A DNA stretch of 64,000 nt, from positions 436,001 through 500,000 of the forward strand of contig MU054117.1 of the NCBI GenBank assembly GCA_013239625.1. Direction: 5' to 3'. Below the pieces are notes generated by a model that ran no database searches, was not told the DNA's origin, and saw nothing but the letters and a program-made list of their open reading frames with translations. The stretch's first letter is position 1. Each line of letters starts with the position of its first letter. This DNA comes from Lama guanicoe. Its lineage: Eukaryota. Shown here one piece after another: positions 51,726 through 63,060 of the stretch. The translations under genes were made by a program, and so were the position numbers.

Positions 51726-52604
51726 AGTCATTTTCCTTCAGTGGATGCTGGCTGTGGACTGGCGCACGGCTCCAGGCACCACAGAGGCTGCAGGGGTGCA
51801 AACCTCCGTCACAGAGCAGGCCTGACAGCAGCCCCTTCTCCCAACAGAAGGACAGGGTAGCGCCAGCAGAGGGAAACCGCATGCCGAGGAGGACAGGCTC
51901 GCGCTCCTGGGAAAGGGTGCGCGTGATTCAGTGTCCACAGAGCAGAGCCAGGGGAGCCTGGAGACGTCAGGAGTCTCAGGCGCCCTTTCCACAGCCCGAG
52001 GCATCGGATGACTGACAGTCAGCCGTCGGGGCCCCACATCACAAAGGGGCCTCTGTGCTCTGACTCCCCAGGGGCTGGGACAGCACGGCCCGAGGAACCA
52101 CCTGAGGTCACAGGTGGACCACGCATCCGCAAGGCTTCCTGAGAGTTCTCGGGTCAAAGTGGAGGAGCCCGAGGACGCACCTCATCCACGGAAGGCGAAA
52201 TACCCCCCTTTCCACGGGCTGCAGGACTAGGAAAATGCAAGGAAGCCCCTCAGCCCGCGCTGCCTGCATTCTGCCCTCAGTCCACCTGCTGGCCGTGTGC
52301 CACCGCTGGCTCTCAGATGGGCCCCTCTCTGCACCCGTGTGTGGGAGGTCCCCCAGGCGCCCCTACCCAGAGAAAACACGGGGTGGGAGGAAGGAAGAGG
52401 CCAGAGCATCGCTCCTATGAAGGCCGTGTGTCCTGCAAAGCGGGCCCTCCCGCCAGCTCCCCGCTGTGGGACCGGGCTCCCTCCGCAGCTATCCAGCAGC
52501 TCACTTGGCCGCAGCCTGGCAGCATCAGCGGAGGCTACGCCACTGCTAGGAAGCTGGCCAAGTCCACCTTGGGGGGAGAGCAAGCCGCACAGAAACAAGC
52601 ACAA

Positions 52605-52710
52605 AGTTGTGTACCTGAAGCGCTGTGCTGCACACCAGTAACGAATACAACATTGTAAACCAAAAACTAGAAACTTAAAGCTTAAAAAATCAATTAGAAA
52701 AAGAAAGAAA
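52605..52710 (+). mobile_element. L1 extreme 3' end plus A-rich tail
   Basis: ctgaagcgctgtgctgcacaccagtaacgaatacaacattgtaaacc, then an A-rich tail. Confidence 0.7.
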
Positions 52711-54541
52711 GTGGTACAAAGTCAAAAAGACAGTGTTACCTTCTCAACCCTGGACCGGAGCCGAACAGGGCGGGTCTCTGGCCTTCACCTCCGTGGTTTT
52801 GTGCCGATCCCGCCCCACCGCGCTGCTTACTTCTCGGTGTGGGTAGTCACTGCAGACACATAATTGTTTGTGGGCTTTCTGTCTCCGTCAATTATTCTGC
52901 ACGTCTCGCCGCCCCTGTTACTCGTTTCTATCGTGGAAATGCTTCAGAGCTCTCTGCGGCAAAGCTGCCAAGCGCAGGGGTCTGCAGGCCTCCGGGCTCC
53001 CGGGAGCTCCCCGCAGCCCGGGATCCCCCAGCCCCTCCAGATGCAGCAGCCACGGCCAAAGGCTGTCTTTTTGCAACAAACCATCTCTGCTGTTTAACTG
53101 TCTGTGCGCGTCGCCTGGGCTCTTCTGGACGCAGTGGGCACCATTCCCCCTCTGGAGGTGGGCCACCAGCAGGGATGCTCTGAGCGCTAGATCTGGATTG
53201 TATTCCCTGCCTCTAGTCCATGTCCAGGCTTGTAGTCTATGTCCCCTTGTCTTTCATACAATTTTTATACTTGTAAATGGGGCTCGGTAAAGTTAGATAC
53301 ACGCATTTCAAGTTTTAACCAGAAAGACAGAAAGGGAAGGGAGGAGCATGTATGAGGTGTGCACCATGCTCGGTGCCTCTACGTAGTGAGCCCGGTGACG
53401 CTGGGAGACACCGGCCCCCACCTGCCGGCTGAGACACAGGCCCGGGAGGTGAGAAGGAGGTGGGGCCCAGGGCCAGCACGCGGGCCGGCAGAAGGTCTGA
53501 CGTCTTATCTGCTTATCTGCTTACCCTGCACCCCGAGCCCCAGCCCGAACCCACAATCCGCTTCTGTCTTCTGCTTGGGCACCAAGGACTCGCAGCTGGT
53601 GGGCAGCAGCACATGAAACGGAAAAAAAAAATTAGGCCTCTGACTCCCAGTTTGCCATAAATTGGCCAAAATATCAAGACCAACATTTATTTGGACAGAT
53701 TTCTACAGAGTAATGGGCAGCATCTGGCCATTAATGTTCCCCTCTTTCCTCTGCCCTGTCCAAGTGTCATGAATTCTGGGGGAGTATGTTAAGTGAACAG
53801 ACAGAATTTCAATCTGTATAATCCTTCATGCGCTCTGTGAAACATGACACTTAAAATAAAGGAGAGAGTTTACCTTTTCCCAGCTCAGAAGCACACTGAA
53901 GCAAGCGAACCCACGGCTTCCCGGGGATCGCGTCACACCGCGGTCTGAAGCACAGAGAATATTCTTTTATGGTATCTTTATCCTAAGAGCATGTTATTCA
54001 CCTCATCAGGCGTGTGTTTTTGCTAAAGCTGGCTGAAGAATACCAAAGCCCAGTCCCTCCACAGGAGGGAGAGCAGACACGGGCAGCAGGCCGCAGCGGG
54101 AAGGCAGCCTCTCCACGGTGACCAGAGCCAAGGCGCCACTTCCCTCCAGGCCCCCACCGGCCACCTGGCTACTGGGCCCGGAAGTGGCAGGCGGTGTGAC
54201 CCAGGTTTTGGAGCGCGCTGGGACACAGGAAACTTCCAGTGACCCTTGCTTCAAAAAGTAAAACCGGACAGACCTCGTTGCTAACCGTACACAGTCTATA
54301 GTCGCAGAGTTCAAAAGGGAAAGTGTGCACACGCACCCGTGTGCACACACGTGTGACAGAAGTCAAGAATATATGTGTATATATTCAGAGTCTTTGCCTT
54401 TTCCTTCTCAAAGCTGAGGTTAACATTTTGCACCGGGCTGCTCTGTTTACGAGCAACAGACATTCCAGTGAACCGGAGGTGGGGAGAGTGGTGGGGAGAA
54501 GGGTTGCTGGGAGAACAGCTCAGGGAACCAAAGGCAAATGC

Positions 54542-54652
54542 GGGTATAGCTCAGCACACACGGGGTCCTGGGTTCGATCCCCAGTGCCTCCATTAAAATA
54601 AGTAAGTATACAGGAACCTAATTACCTCCCCGGAAAGGGAAGAAAAGGAGAG
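54542..54652 (+). mobile_element. Vic-1-type SINE with an internal deletion
   Basis: gggtatagctcag[deletion]cacacacggggtcctgggttcgatccccagtgcctccattaaaataag...aacctaattacctcccc. Confidence 0.85.
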
Positions 54653-55289
54653 GAAATCAAAGCACCCAGCTTCGAAATGAGCCCCAGCACTTAGGTGGCT
54701 CTTGGGCGCTGGTTCCAGTTTCAAGGAGGGAGCGTCTGACAGGCTTGTGACGTTCAAGTGCCCTGCATGGTGGGAGTGGGGGGACCCCTGGGACTGACAC
54801 CCCACCTAAATTAGATGAAATAGGGGTAGCGGGGTGGGGCAGGGCCCCCAAAGAAAGGGTGCTGGGCCAGTAAAAGGAAAATCCAGCCGTCCCCTCGGAG
54901 TGAGGGCGAGGGCGAGGGCTGGGAGGAGGCCCGTGAGCCCAGAGGAATCCTGGGAACAACTCTCAGCCTGAGTCCGCGGGAACCCACCCTCCAGGGAACA
55001 AGCATGGCATTCCTTCCTAGGGCCCCAGGGAGGAAGAAAGACCACAGCTATCCTTGCTCTTATCTGCTGGGGAGGAGGTTTGGTTTTGTGTTTGGTTCTT
55101 GGCTCTGCCCCCCGGCAGGAATTGGGGTGACGACGGGTGGCAGAGAGCAGCCCCAGAACAGACCCACACGCCCCCTTCCGCCTGCCGGCACACCCTGTGT
55201 CGTCCAGCCACCCCAACAGGCACCGAGGGGGGCGTGGGTGGGGGACCAGAAGCCCCCGTAGCACATTCCCCTTCACACTGAATCTGGGC

Positions 55290-55545
55290 TCCCACAGAGC
55301 TGCCAGGAGCCACCTACCGCCTGGAGGGTTCGAACCAGGACGTGCTGTGTATGGAAAACACACGGCATTTGGGGGCTTACTATGGGGAAAAAAAAGCAGA
55401 AAAAGACCAGTAATAATTTTGAAACATTTATTGCCTGTTGAAACGTTGGACACATTGTTTAAGAAAACACTAAAGTTAACTTCACCTGGCTCTTTTTGCA
55501 GTGTGGCTGCTGCAAAGTCAGATTGCACGCGTGGCTCTGGCCGGC
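55290..55545. mobile_element. MER33-like DNA transposon (GC-shifted)
   Basis: gacgtgctgtgtatggaaaacacacggcatttgggggcttactatg...ctaaagttaacttcacctggctctttttgcagtgtggctgctgcaaa. Confidence 0.68.
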
Positions 55546-58500
55546 TTCCGCAGAGCAGCCAGCGTCCTCACGTCCTCGCCTGGCTGGTTTCCCACTGTCC
55601 CTGTCCCCCTCCACTCACAGAGCAGGCGCTCATTTCGTTTCTGTCGGGCAAAGAAATAAATCGTTGCGTTTGTTCAAGGCAGTGCTGTTGCTGCAAACAG
55701 AGTTCCCCACTGGAGGGACCAGAGTGAACGGCCACTCAAGAGTCAGCAGTCTTCTCAGAGACCTCAGTGCCCAGAGGGCTCAGCGAGCAGCGGTGGCGCC
55801 GGCTCCCGCAGACATGGCCCTTCCGGAGAGGGAGCCCCACCTCAGGACGGGGCCTGCGCCCCGATGTGGCCCGCGTGGGCGTTGGAAGGCTCCTCCTGTC
55901 TCCGTGGAGCCCGTGAGCAAAGGCAGGCACAAGGAGGCTGGATGGTGTCACCGAAGACAGACGCCCGCGGGAGGAGGAGGGGGCGGGAGAGACACCCAGG
56001 TGCAGGAAGGGCAGGGGGAGAGGGAGACCGCTTCCACAGGAACTCCGAAGGAGAAGGAAGCTGTTCAGAGAGACTGGCTTGCGAACGAGCGAGGGCTTAG
56101 GAAGCTGTGCAGGGGGCCAATTAGGAAAATCGCTGGAGAGTAAGGGACGCTCACCTCAGAAGACTCCTCCGGGACCAGCGAGAAGAGGGAGGAGGTGAGT
56201 CCAACGGCAGCCCAGGACCTCGGACGGGGTCGCGAGGGTTTCCGAGAGGACGCTTCCTCCCGACCCTGCCTGTGACACTGGGGGTCCACACGGGGGGGTG
56301 CGCGTCGGGGACTGCCTGGCGCTGGGCTCTACAGGGATGCAGGGACGCAGGGAGGGACGCAGCGGCAGAGGAGGCTGTTGGTGGTGTCACTCTGTGACGT
56401 GACGATGGTTGAACTACACGTGGCTCTGTAGCTTGTACGGTGGCTCTGTTACGTGTCCTCACGTGGTCGTCACGCACTTCCCACGCGATGGCCATGGCCG
56501 TCTCCTGGCGGGTTCAGGAAGCAGAGGCTGTGCCCTGCCCGCATGGGCAGCCTGAGCCTGGACCGACACCGAGGGCCAGTCCAGCCACGGGGAGGCCCAC
56601 TCCTCTGCCTCCTGTGCGGTGTGCCCGGCTGGTCTCCAATGCTGCGGCTTTGAGTCACCGAGCAGACAGCACTCTCCCCCACGTCCCCATTTTGAGGAGG
56701 GATTTCAACTGCAAATCTGAGACAGCGGTTTTTCCGGTTTTCCGTGTGTTTTTGTTTTTGTGTGTTTGTTTGCGGTGTATTTAAATACCCTTTCTTTTGG
56801 GAGATGGCCGCCAGACAGGGAGGGTGCCGAAATCCTCACCTGCTAGTGAGGAAGTGTCAGTTATTGTCTCCAGATCATCTCGGCCTCACCCGGGTTCAGC
56901 CTTAGACAGTTCTCCTGAGGGAGGGAGATTCCATGTCAAGGCTGTTTAATTGGTGGTTGGCATTGTGCCGGCTCATTAGATAATTGTTGCCTCCTTCGCC
57001 GTGTAACGCAGACCCAGCTTCGGAAGACAGGACTGGAGGAGGGGCTGCTGGGCTGGAGCACAGAGGGGAGAGGTACAGGGTACAGGAACCACTGTGGGGA
57101 CGCAGGAGTGGGGGTGCAAACTAAAAGACCCATGAAGGGGAGACCTGCAGCAGAGTGGAGGGCTCGGAGGGGCTCCCTGGAGGCGTCCCTGGAAACTCCC
57201 TCAGAAACCAGGGTCTGGAGGAGACAGTGAGGGGCCAGTCAAAGAGCAAGATCAGGACAGACCCTGCGGAGCAGCCTGGCTGGAGGGCGAGGTGAGGATG
57301 ACTCACGTCCCAGCGGCTCTTTGTCCAAAGGGCTCTGGAGAAAAATGAGGGGGAGGGGGGTGCATGCGCTGGCAGAAACTTGAGCCCGGCCCATCCCAGG
57401 TGGAAACAGAGGGGAATGACGTGTCCCCACTCAGGACTCAGGATGGTCAGGATGGGTCCTGGGGGTTGCTGGGCGAGGAGAGGGGGCGGAGGTCACTGCG
57501 GCACGAGGTTGTCCAGCCCAAGCAGGCGGGCCACGATTCAGACAGCACCAAACAAACAAAAAAAACCAAACAGCACAGTTCATGGTGGAGTCTTCATCCT
57601 GTCCTGTGTTGAAGGTTTCCTAGGGAATAAACACCTACCTTGTGAAGAATTCACCCGATGTTCAACAGCAAGAAAAAAAGGGGGGGCCCCATATCCACCA
57701 ACAAGGGGAAAATTAGACAACTCGGACCCTGCCTAAGTCATACTGTGAAGCAGCTAGAAACAAGCGGTGAACTCAGCGGGGAAGGTGAGCCCAGCATGAA
57801 GGTGTGGTTCCAGCAGACGTGCAGGCTGAGTGAGGTGGCCCGTGCGCAGTGCGCCCCAAGCCGTGGGCGGCAGCAGCCGTGCGCCACGGTGTGGGAAGGA
57901 TGACAGTGACAGGAACGCTGTCTAAATTTCCAAGATTATCCAGGGCAGGGATGCAGGGTCCAGGGGGTCGGTGGGAGGTGGGGGGGATGTTCCCGGCGGG
58001 GTCTGGGGAGGCACCGGTGTTGGTGTTGCCGCGGGAGCAGGTGGGAACTAGAAACAACGCACTGCAACTGACGTAGCGGTGCGCTGGGGCTTGTCTGGGG
58101 CTCGCAAAGCACTTTCAGACCGGGCGCCATCTCCCCGTCCCTGGGAGCCTGCCCAGCTGACAGCACGTCCACAGGGAGACTGCGGGCTGCCGTCGGACAC
58201 ACATGAATCACCAGGAAGACCGCAACCAGCTCCAGGCTCTGGCACCTCTGTGGCCTCATATTGTCTTAGGTCTTTTGCTCAGAAACCCAGTCCTGCCTCA
58301 TCTCTGCTGTGTGAGCCAAACTGTCCTTTCCTGAGACGCCTCCCTGACGCCCTCCGAGCTCATTCACTTTCTCCCGCTGTTCCCCACGGGCGCCGTGTCT
58401 GTGCCGCATCTGTTACCCGCAGTGTCACACCTCCGCTCTGCACCCCCTGAGCAGAGCCTGCCCCACCTCCTTGTCCACCTCTGCACCTCAACACCCGCAT

Positions 58501-61500
58501 TTCCAGAATGGACAGTCCAGTGTTCGCTGTGATCCACTCTGTTCCAAACTGGGCATTAGAACCTCGGGGTTAGGTAGAGGGTGCCAGGAAGGCACTGGGA
58601 CAAAACCCCACAAGTCCCAAACAGGCCAGCAGGTGAACGCTTGAACCCACTGAGGAAGCCCCAGTGCCGTGTGTGGACAGGAGTCCTGCTGTTTGGTGAG
58701 ACACTGGACTGCAGGCTGCAACCTGGTGCACAGGGCCAACCTGAGGCCGGGGAGGACACAGGGGCTATGCCCATTGCCTACGTGGCCTTGCCAGGCTCAG
58801 GGAGTCAGAGAACAAACAAGGGTGTTGCCAAGGAGGGTGAATGTCACCCCTGGTCCTCTGCCCCGCCCATGGGAAGGACCCCTGCAGATCCCTCTCAGAG
58901 CCCTTCCCGGGTACCTGGGAGGAGGCACACAGAGCTGCGTGGGCGTGCTATCCCGCCAGGCTCCCTGGGTCCCTCCCACTCAGACAGGGTGGGACTGGGA
59001 CAATGGCAGCTGCAGGTGTTCACCCCCAGGCTGCTCCCGCCTCTGCGTGGGCGTCAGCTTGAGGGAGGGAGGGAGGGGAGGATGTGGGGCGTAGACCAGG
59101 CCGGATGGAGGAGGGTGCCCAGGTGGAGCTGGGAGAAATGCCCATGTGGGGGCCAGTGGCCTGGTTCTGTGTTCCGGCGGCTCCCTCCTCCCAGCTGCAC
59201 CCACAGCACCTCTGTCACAGAACCCTGGGCCCGAGGGTCCCACATTCTGTGCACTCGCAGCCCCCATGAGCGTGTGCGTTGCCTGAGCCCCACGGCCTCC
59301 ACCAGGTGCCCGGTGCGCTAAGCATACCGGCCTCCCTGTGCCTCGTCCCAGGCTGTGTCCCCTGGAGCTGCGGGAGCTCTGCTGGCTTCCCTTCTCTCAG
59401 GTCACAGCAGACAGCGACGAAGCCAGAGGCCTTTAGTCGTGGGTTTCACACTCCGGCTGCTCACCTAGGAACGTCCTTGGATTTTATGGGTTTCAGGTGA
59501 GAGCCACCTTACCAGACAAATATGTCGCAGAGCAGCACGACCAGCGGGCCCCCAAAACCAACGGACAGAAGACTTTGGGGGCCAGCTGGGGCACCCCGTC
59601 AGGGGAAACCGGGGGGGCCGCTGGTTTGGGGCCCCAGGTGTTCCCTGGGGTGGGATTGGAGGGACCCCGTCCCCCCATCGTGGGGCCTCCCCACTGCTCC
59701 TCGGTGGGGCAGAAGGCAGAGCGCTTTCCAAAGTTAGTCGGGGAACTTCCGCTCGGGGACGGCGCGGATGGACATCAGAGGACCGATCATCACTTCTGTC
59801 TTGCTGCAGGCGAGGAAAACAAGGCCACTTCTCAAGAAGTGCACATTTCTCAGAAAATGTTGATACGACGGAAGCAGGCAGCATAAACCACAAAGCAGCA
59901 CTGTGGGGCCCGCCAGCTCCAGAGCTTCCGGTCAGCGGAGGTGGGCACCCCGGACGGTCATCCTGGGACGATGCTCTCCCGCTAAGCCGTGAGATCCCCT
60001 CTCGGAAGGAGATGATCCCGCTGCTGAGATTCAGGTCACCCTCCTGGGGTCGTTCTGACACCTCCAGGCCGCGAAGCCACCCCAGCCCAGGGTCTGCTGT
60101 GTGTTCTCTGGCCATTGCCCACCCTCTCTGGGCCTCAGTTTACCCCCTCATGTCTGGGAGCTTCACAGGATCATTTAAGGGTTTAGTGAAATAAGGCAAG
60201 AATGAGGCCCCCATAGAAAGTGGAGCTCGCTGATGCTGGTCCCCTTCCTCCAGCTGCCCCCAAGGAGGAGTGGGGGCGCAGGACGACTCAGACCTCCTCA
60301 CCGCTCAGCGGCAAAGCCCCCCGGCAGCACCCTGACACTGGCACCAACGTCCGCCCGCTTCTGCTGTGGGGACACCTCCCCAGAGGGCTGGATTTATGTC
60401 TCTGTTCTTTCAGCTGAGAAAACAGCTCATGCAAGGTCACAGCACTCGTCCAGGACAGAGCTGGGCTCCAAATCCCGCGCTATTAACCCCCGACTTCGCC
60501 CGCAGCAGAACCAGGCACCCGCAGCTTTAGAGCAGGCAGAGCAGCTCCTGGCTCAACTCAGGAGAAATCTGTGCTCTCCTGGGGGCGGGGGGTCAGCCGC
60601 ATGGGCCCAGAGGCTCAGGGTGAGGGTGGGGGGCCAGCGGGAATGGCAGAGGTGATCTAGGGCTGGGCTGGGGCTCCTGAGGGGAGGGTGGGGGTGGGCT
60701 GGGCTGGGCGGGCCGCCCTTCTGAGCTCTCAGATCCGGTGCCATTCCTGTAAACAAGCAGCCCAGCTCCCTGGAGGGCCTGGGAGCAAAGGCACAGCTCA
60801 GCCTCTTCCCTGCAGCTGCTGGCGGAGGTCGCGCCTGGCCACCTCCAGCCGCCCCGAGACGCCCCCCACCACAGGCCTCAGGAAGTGGGGCCCTGCCATC
60901 TCCCCTCCAGCCTCGCCTCCTGCCGGGAGTGTCCTTTGCCAGCACTTCCTGGCCTAATTAACTGGGTAAGGAGTAGCTGGGGGGGTTGGGGATAAAAGCC
61001 CTGGGCGCTTGGAGTGGCGGGTTTATGACGGCCGGGCGGCTGCAGCTGGGGACGCTCCTGGGGAAGTTGCCTGCTGCGCCCACAGCAGAGCGGGTCCCAA
61101 GGTGAGCACAGGAGCCCTGTGTCTGGGGGCCCGGCCAGGGCTCGGCTGGGGCCTGGGGGGCCTGCGTCTGGGGCAAGGGCTGGTCCCAGGCCCCGCCCAA
61201 GTCCTGGTTTCACCCAGGCTGGGGTGTCCTCGGTGACCACACGGGACCCAGTTTCGTTTGAATGTGGGGCCAGGCAGGGGGCAGCTCCTAATACTGAGTG
61301 ACAGCATGAGGAAATCTGTGCCAGACGCCACCCTGACTGCCCCCTCAGTGTCCTGGAAAATGCCAGGCACCCAGCAGGGGCCAGAGGAGATGGGAGGCTG
61401 ACCGAGGTCTGCCCTTCGGGGACACTCAGGGCCAAGGGTCTACCTATCTGTCTGTTTCCTCACTTTGCACTTTTCCTCAGTGTCCGGTGGGGAAGGGCCA

Positions 61501-62924
61501 TCGTCTGCCCACCTGCAGGGTGAGGCTTGGGGATGCAGTGTCCAGGCGCTCTGAGCCCACGGCCGGCGCTGTCCACAGGCTGGGGGGCCCAGAGCCGGCC
61601 CCACGCCCCAGGCCTTTCCAAGGAGGACGCCTGCACCTGCCCGACTGTGCTGAGGGCAGCGCTGGGTCCACTGGGCATCACGGAGGTTGGGGCCCAGACT
61701 CCTGCCCCGCGGTCAAGGCTTGCATCTTCTCTGCTTTTCTGAATACGACAGCTGGGGCCTGGTGCTCAGAGCCCCCCTGCTCATCGCCCCTGCCCCCTCA
61801 CTCTTCCCTCTGCAGTCTGCAAAACCCCATCTATTCTCTGGGCCTCCTGTTTCTCTTTCTCTTTCCTCTCCTAGTTTTATTAACATTAGCCTGACGTACA
61901 ACCTCATATGAGGTTAAGGTGTACCACGCGGTGCACGTGAGGACCAGGTACCGCCTCTCGCTCCGCGTTTGCCCCCTGCCCCTCAGAAGCCCGCGTCCCT
62001 GGCCCCAGGCGCGCACCCCACTACTCCCCACCCCCAGCCCCGGCCTTCTGCCTCCAGGGAGAAAGACCACAGCGGGCTGTGCACAGATCTCAGCATGGAC
62101 ATCGAAGCAGTTCTTTCCTTCTCACTCAGCAGGTGCTCCTGACGGAGGAGGGAAAGGAGGCTCTTCCACGTGGTCAGCTCAACGTGGAGCCTCAGGGCTG
62201 GGTGTCCTGGTCCAGCCCTGGGAACTGAAGCCGCAGACGTCAGGGTGGCTGCTCTGGGCCAGGCAGTTACGGGAGACACAGAGTCTGGAGGGAGTCAGGG
62301 TGCCGTTGGGAGCAGCAAGTAGAGCCGTGTGGCGCCAGGAGTCTCGACACGGACCCAGACGTGTGCTGGGCCGGCGAGTGTCCGCTGGTCCTGGGTTTGC
62401 CGCGCTCCTGCAGGGGTCGGCCCCTGCCGGAACCGGGGACGCTGCTCTCTCTGAAGAGGGCAAACTCACCCATCCCCACTGGGCCGACTTCATTCTCACC
62501 CACACGCTTCTGTCTGTTACAGCTGGCTTGTCTATGCACTTACACGCCACCTGTGTTCAAGTGGGATTCGAGGCAGTCGGTGGGTGGTGGAGCAGCCCCA
62601 GAAACCAGAGCAGGGGAGTGGCCCCGAGCTGCGTGTTGGCGGCTCCCCTCCCTGCCCTGTCCCCACGCGCAGCCTTGCTCAGGTGTGCTCAGCTTTCCCG
62701 CATCAGGAGTGCTCTGCCTCCTTCTGGGCTGAGGACTGCTGGCCCTGCTCCAAGGTCCAGCATGGTCACCCTCCCCCACCACATCCAGCGTCCACAGTTG
62801 GGGCCGATGCCTCCCCTGCGCCCTCAGAGCGCCCATGAGCCCCTCCAGAGGGAGGCCCCGACCTCATCCCCGAGTCCCCAGGGGCTGGGGCAGCGCCCCC
62901 ACCAAGTGTTCGCTGCTAACAATT

Positions 62925-63060
62925 ACATTGCACTTAATTATGTGCCGGGACCGTGTTCTCTCATTTAAGTCTCACATTTACCCTGCGACTCGTGCTGTTA
63001 TTATGCCCATTTTACAGATGAAGAAGCTGAGGTCCTGGATCCTGCCCCAAGGCCCCTGGA
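62925..63060 (-). mobile_element. MIR SINE
   Basis: ctcatttaagtctcaca...gctgttattatgcccattttacagatgaagaagctgagg. Confidence 0.78.

Larger units (their letters stand above)
48598..53860 (+). other. Hypothetical multi-exon transcription unit (candidate exons 48598-48717, 49394-49479, 49995-50040, 50260-50288, 50361-50421, optional 51166-51294, terminal from 53765)
   Basis: Assembled by hand from AG/GT splice signals. Phases are compatible and the frame is open. I recognise no homology. See findings. Confidence 0.2.

Noticed and set aside
62584..62838. ORF ending ...APSERP, reminiscent of the ADA2/CECR1 N-terminus (GPSERPAL), the expected neighbouring gene
   Set aside because: A five-residue match followed at once by a stop, with no signal peptide or further ADA2 similarity. 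I found no ADA2 exon in the window.
61919..62968. 349-aa ORF, the longest in the window
   Set aside because: GTG start, Ala/Gly/Pro/Arg/Ser-rich composition typical of GC-rich non-coding DNA, no recognisable domain, and it ends inside a MIR.
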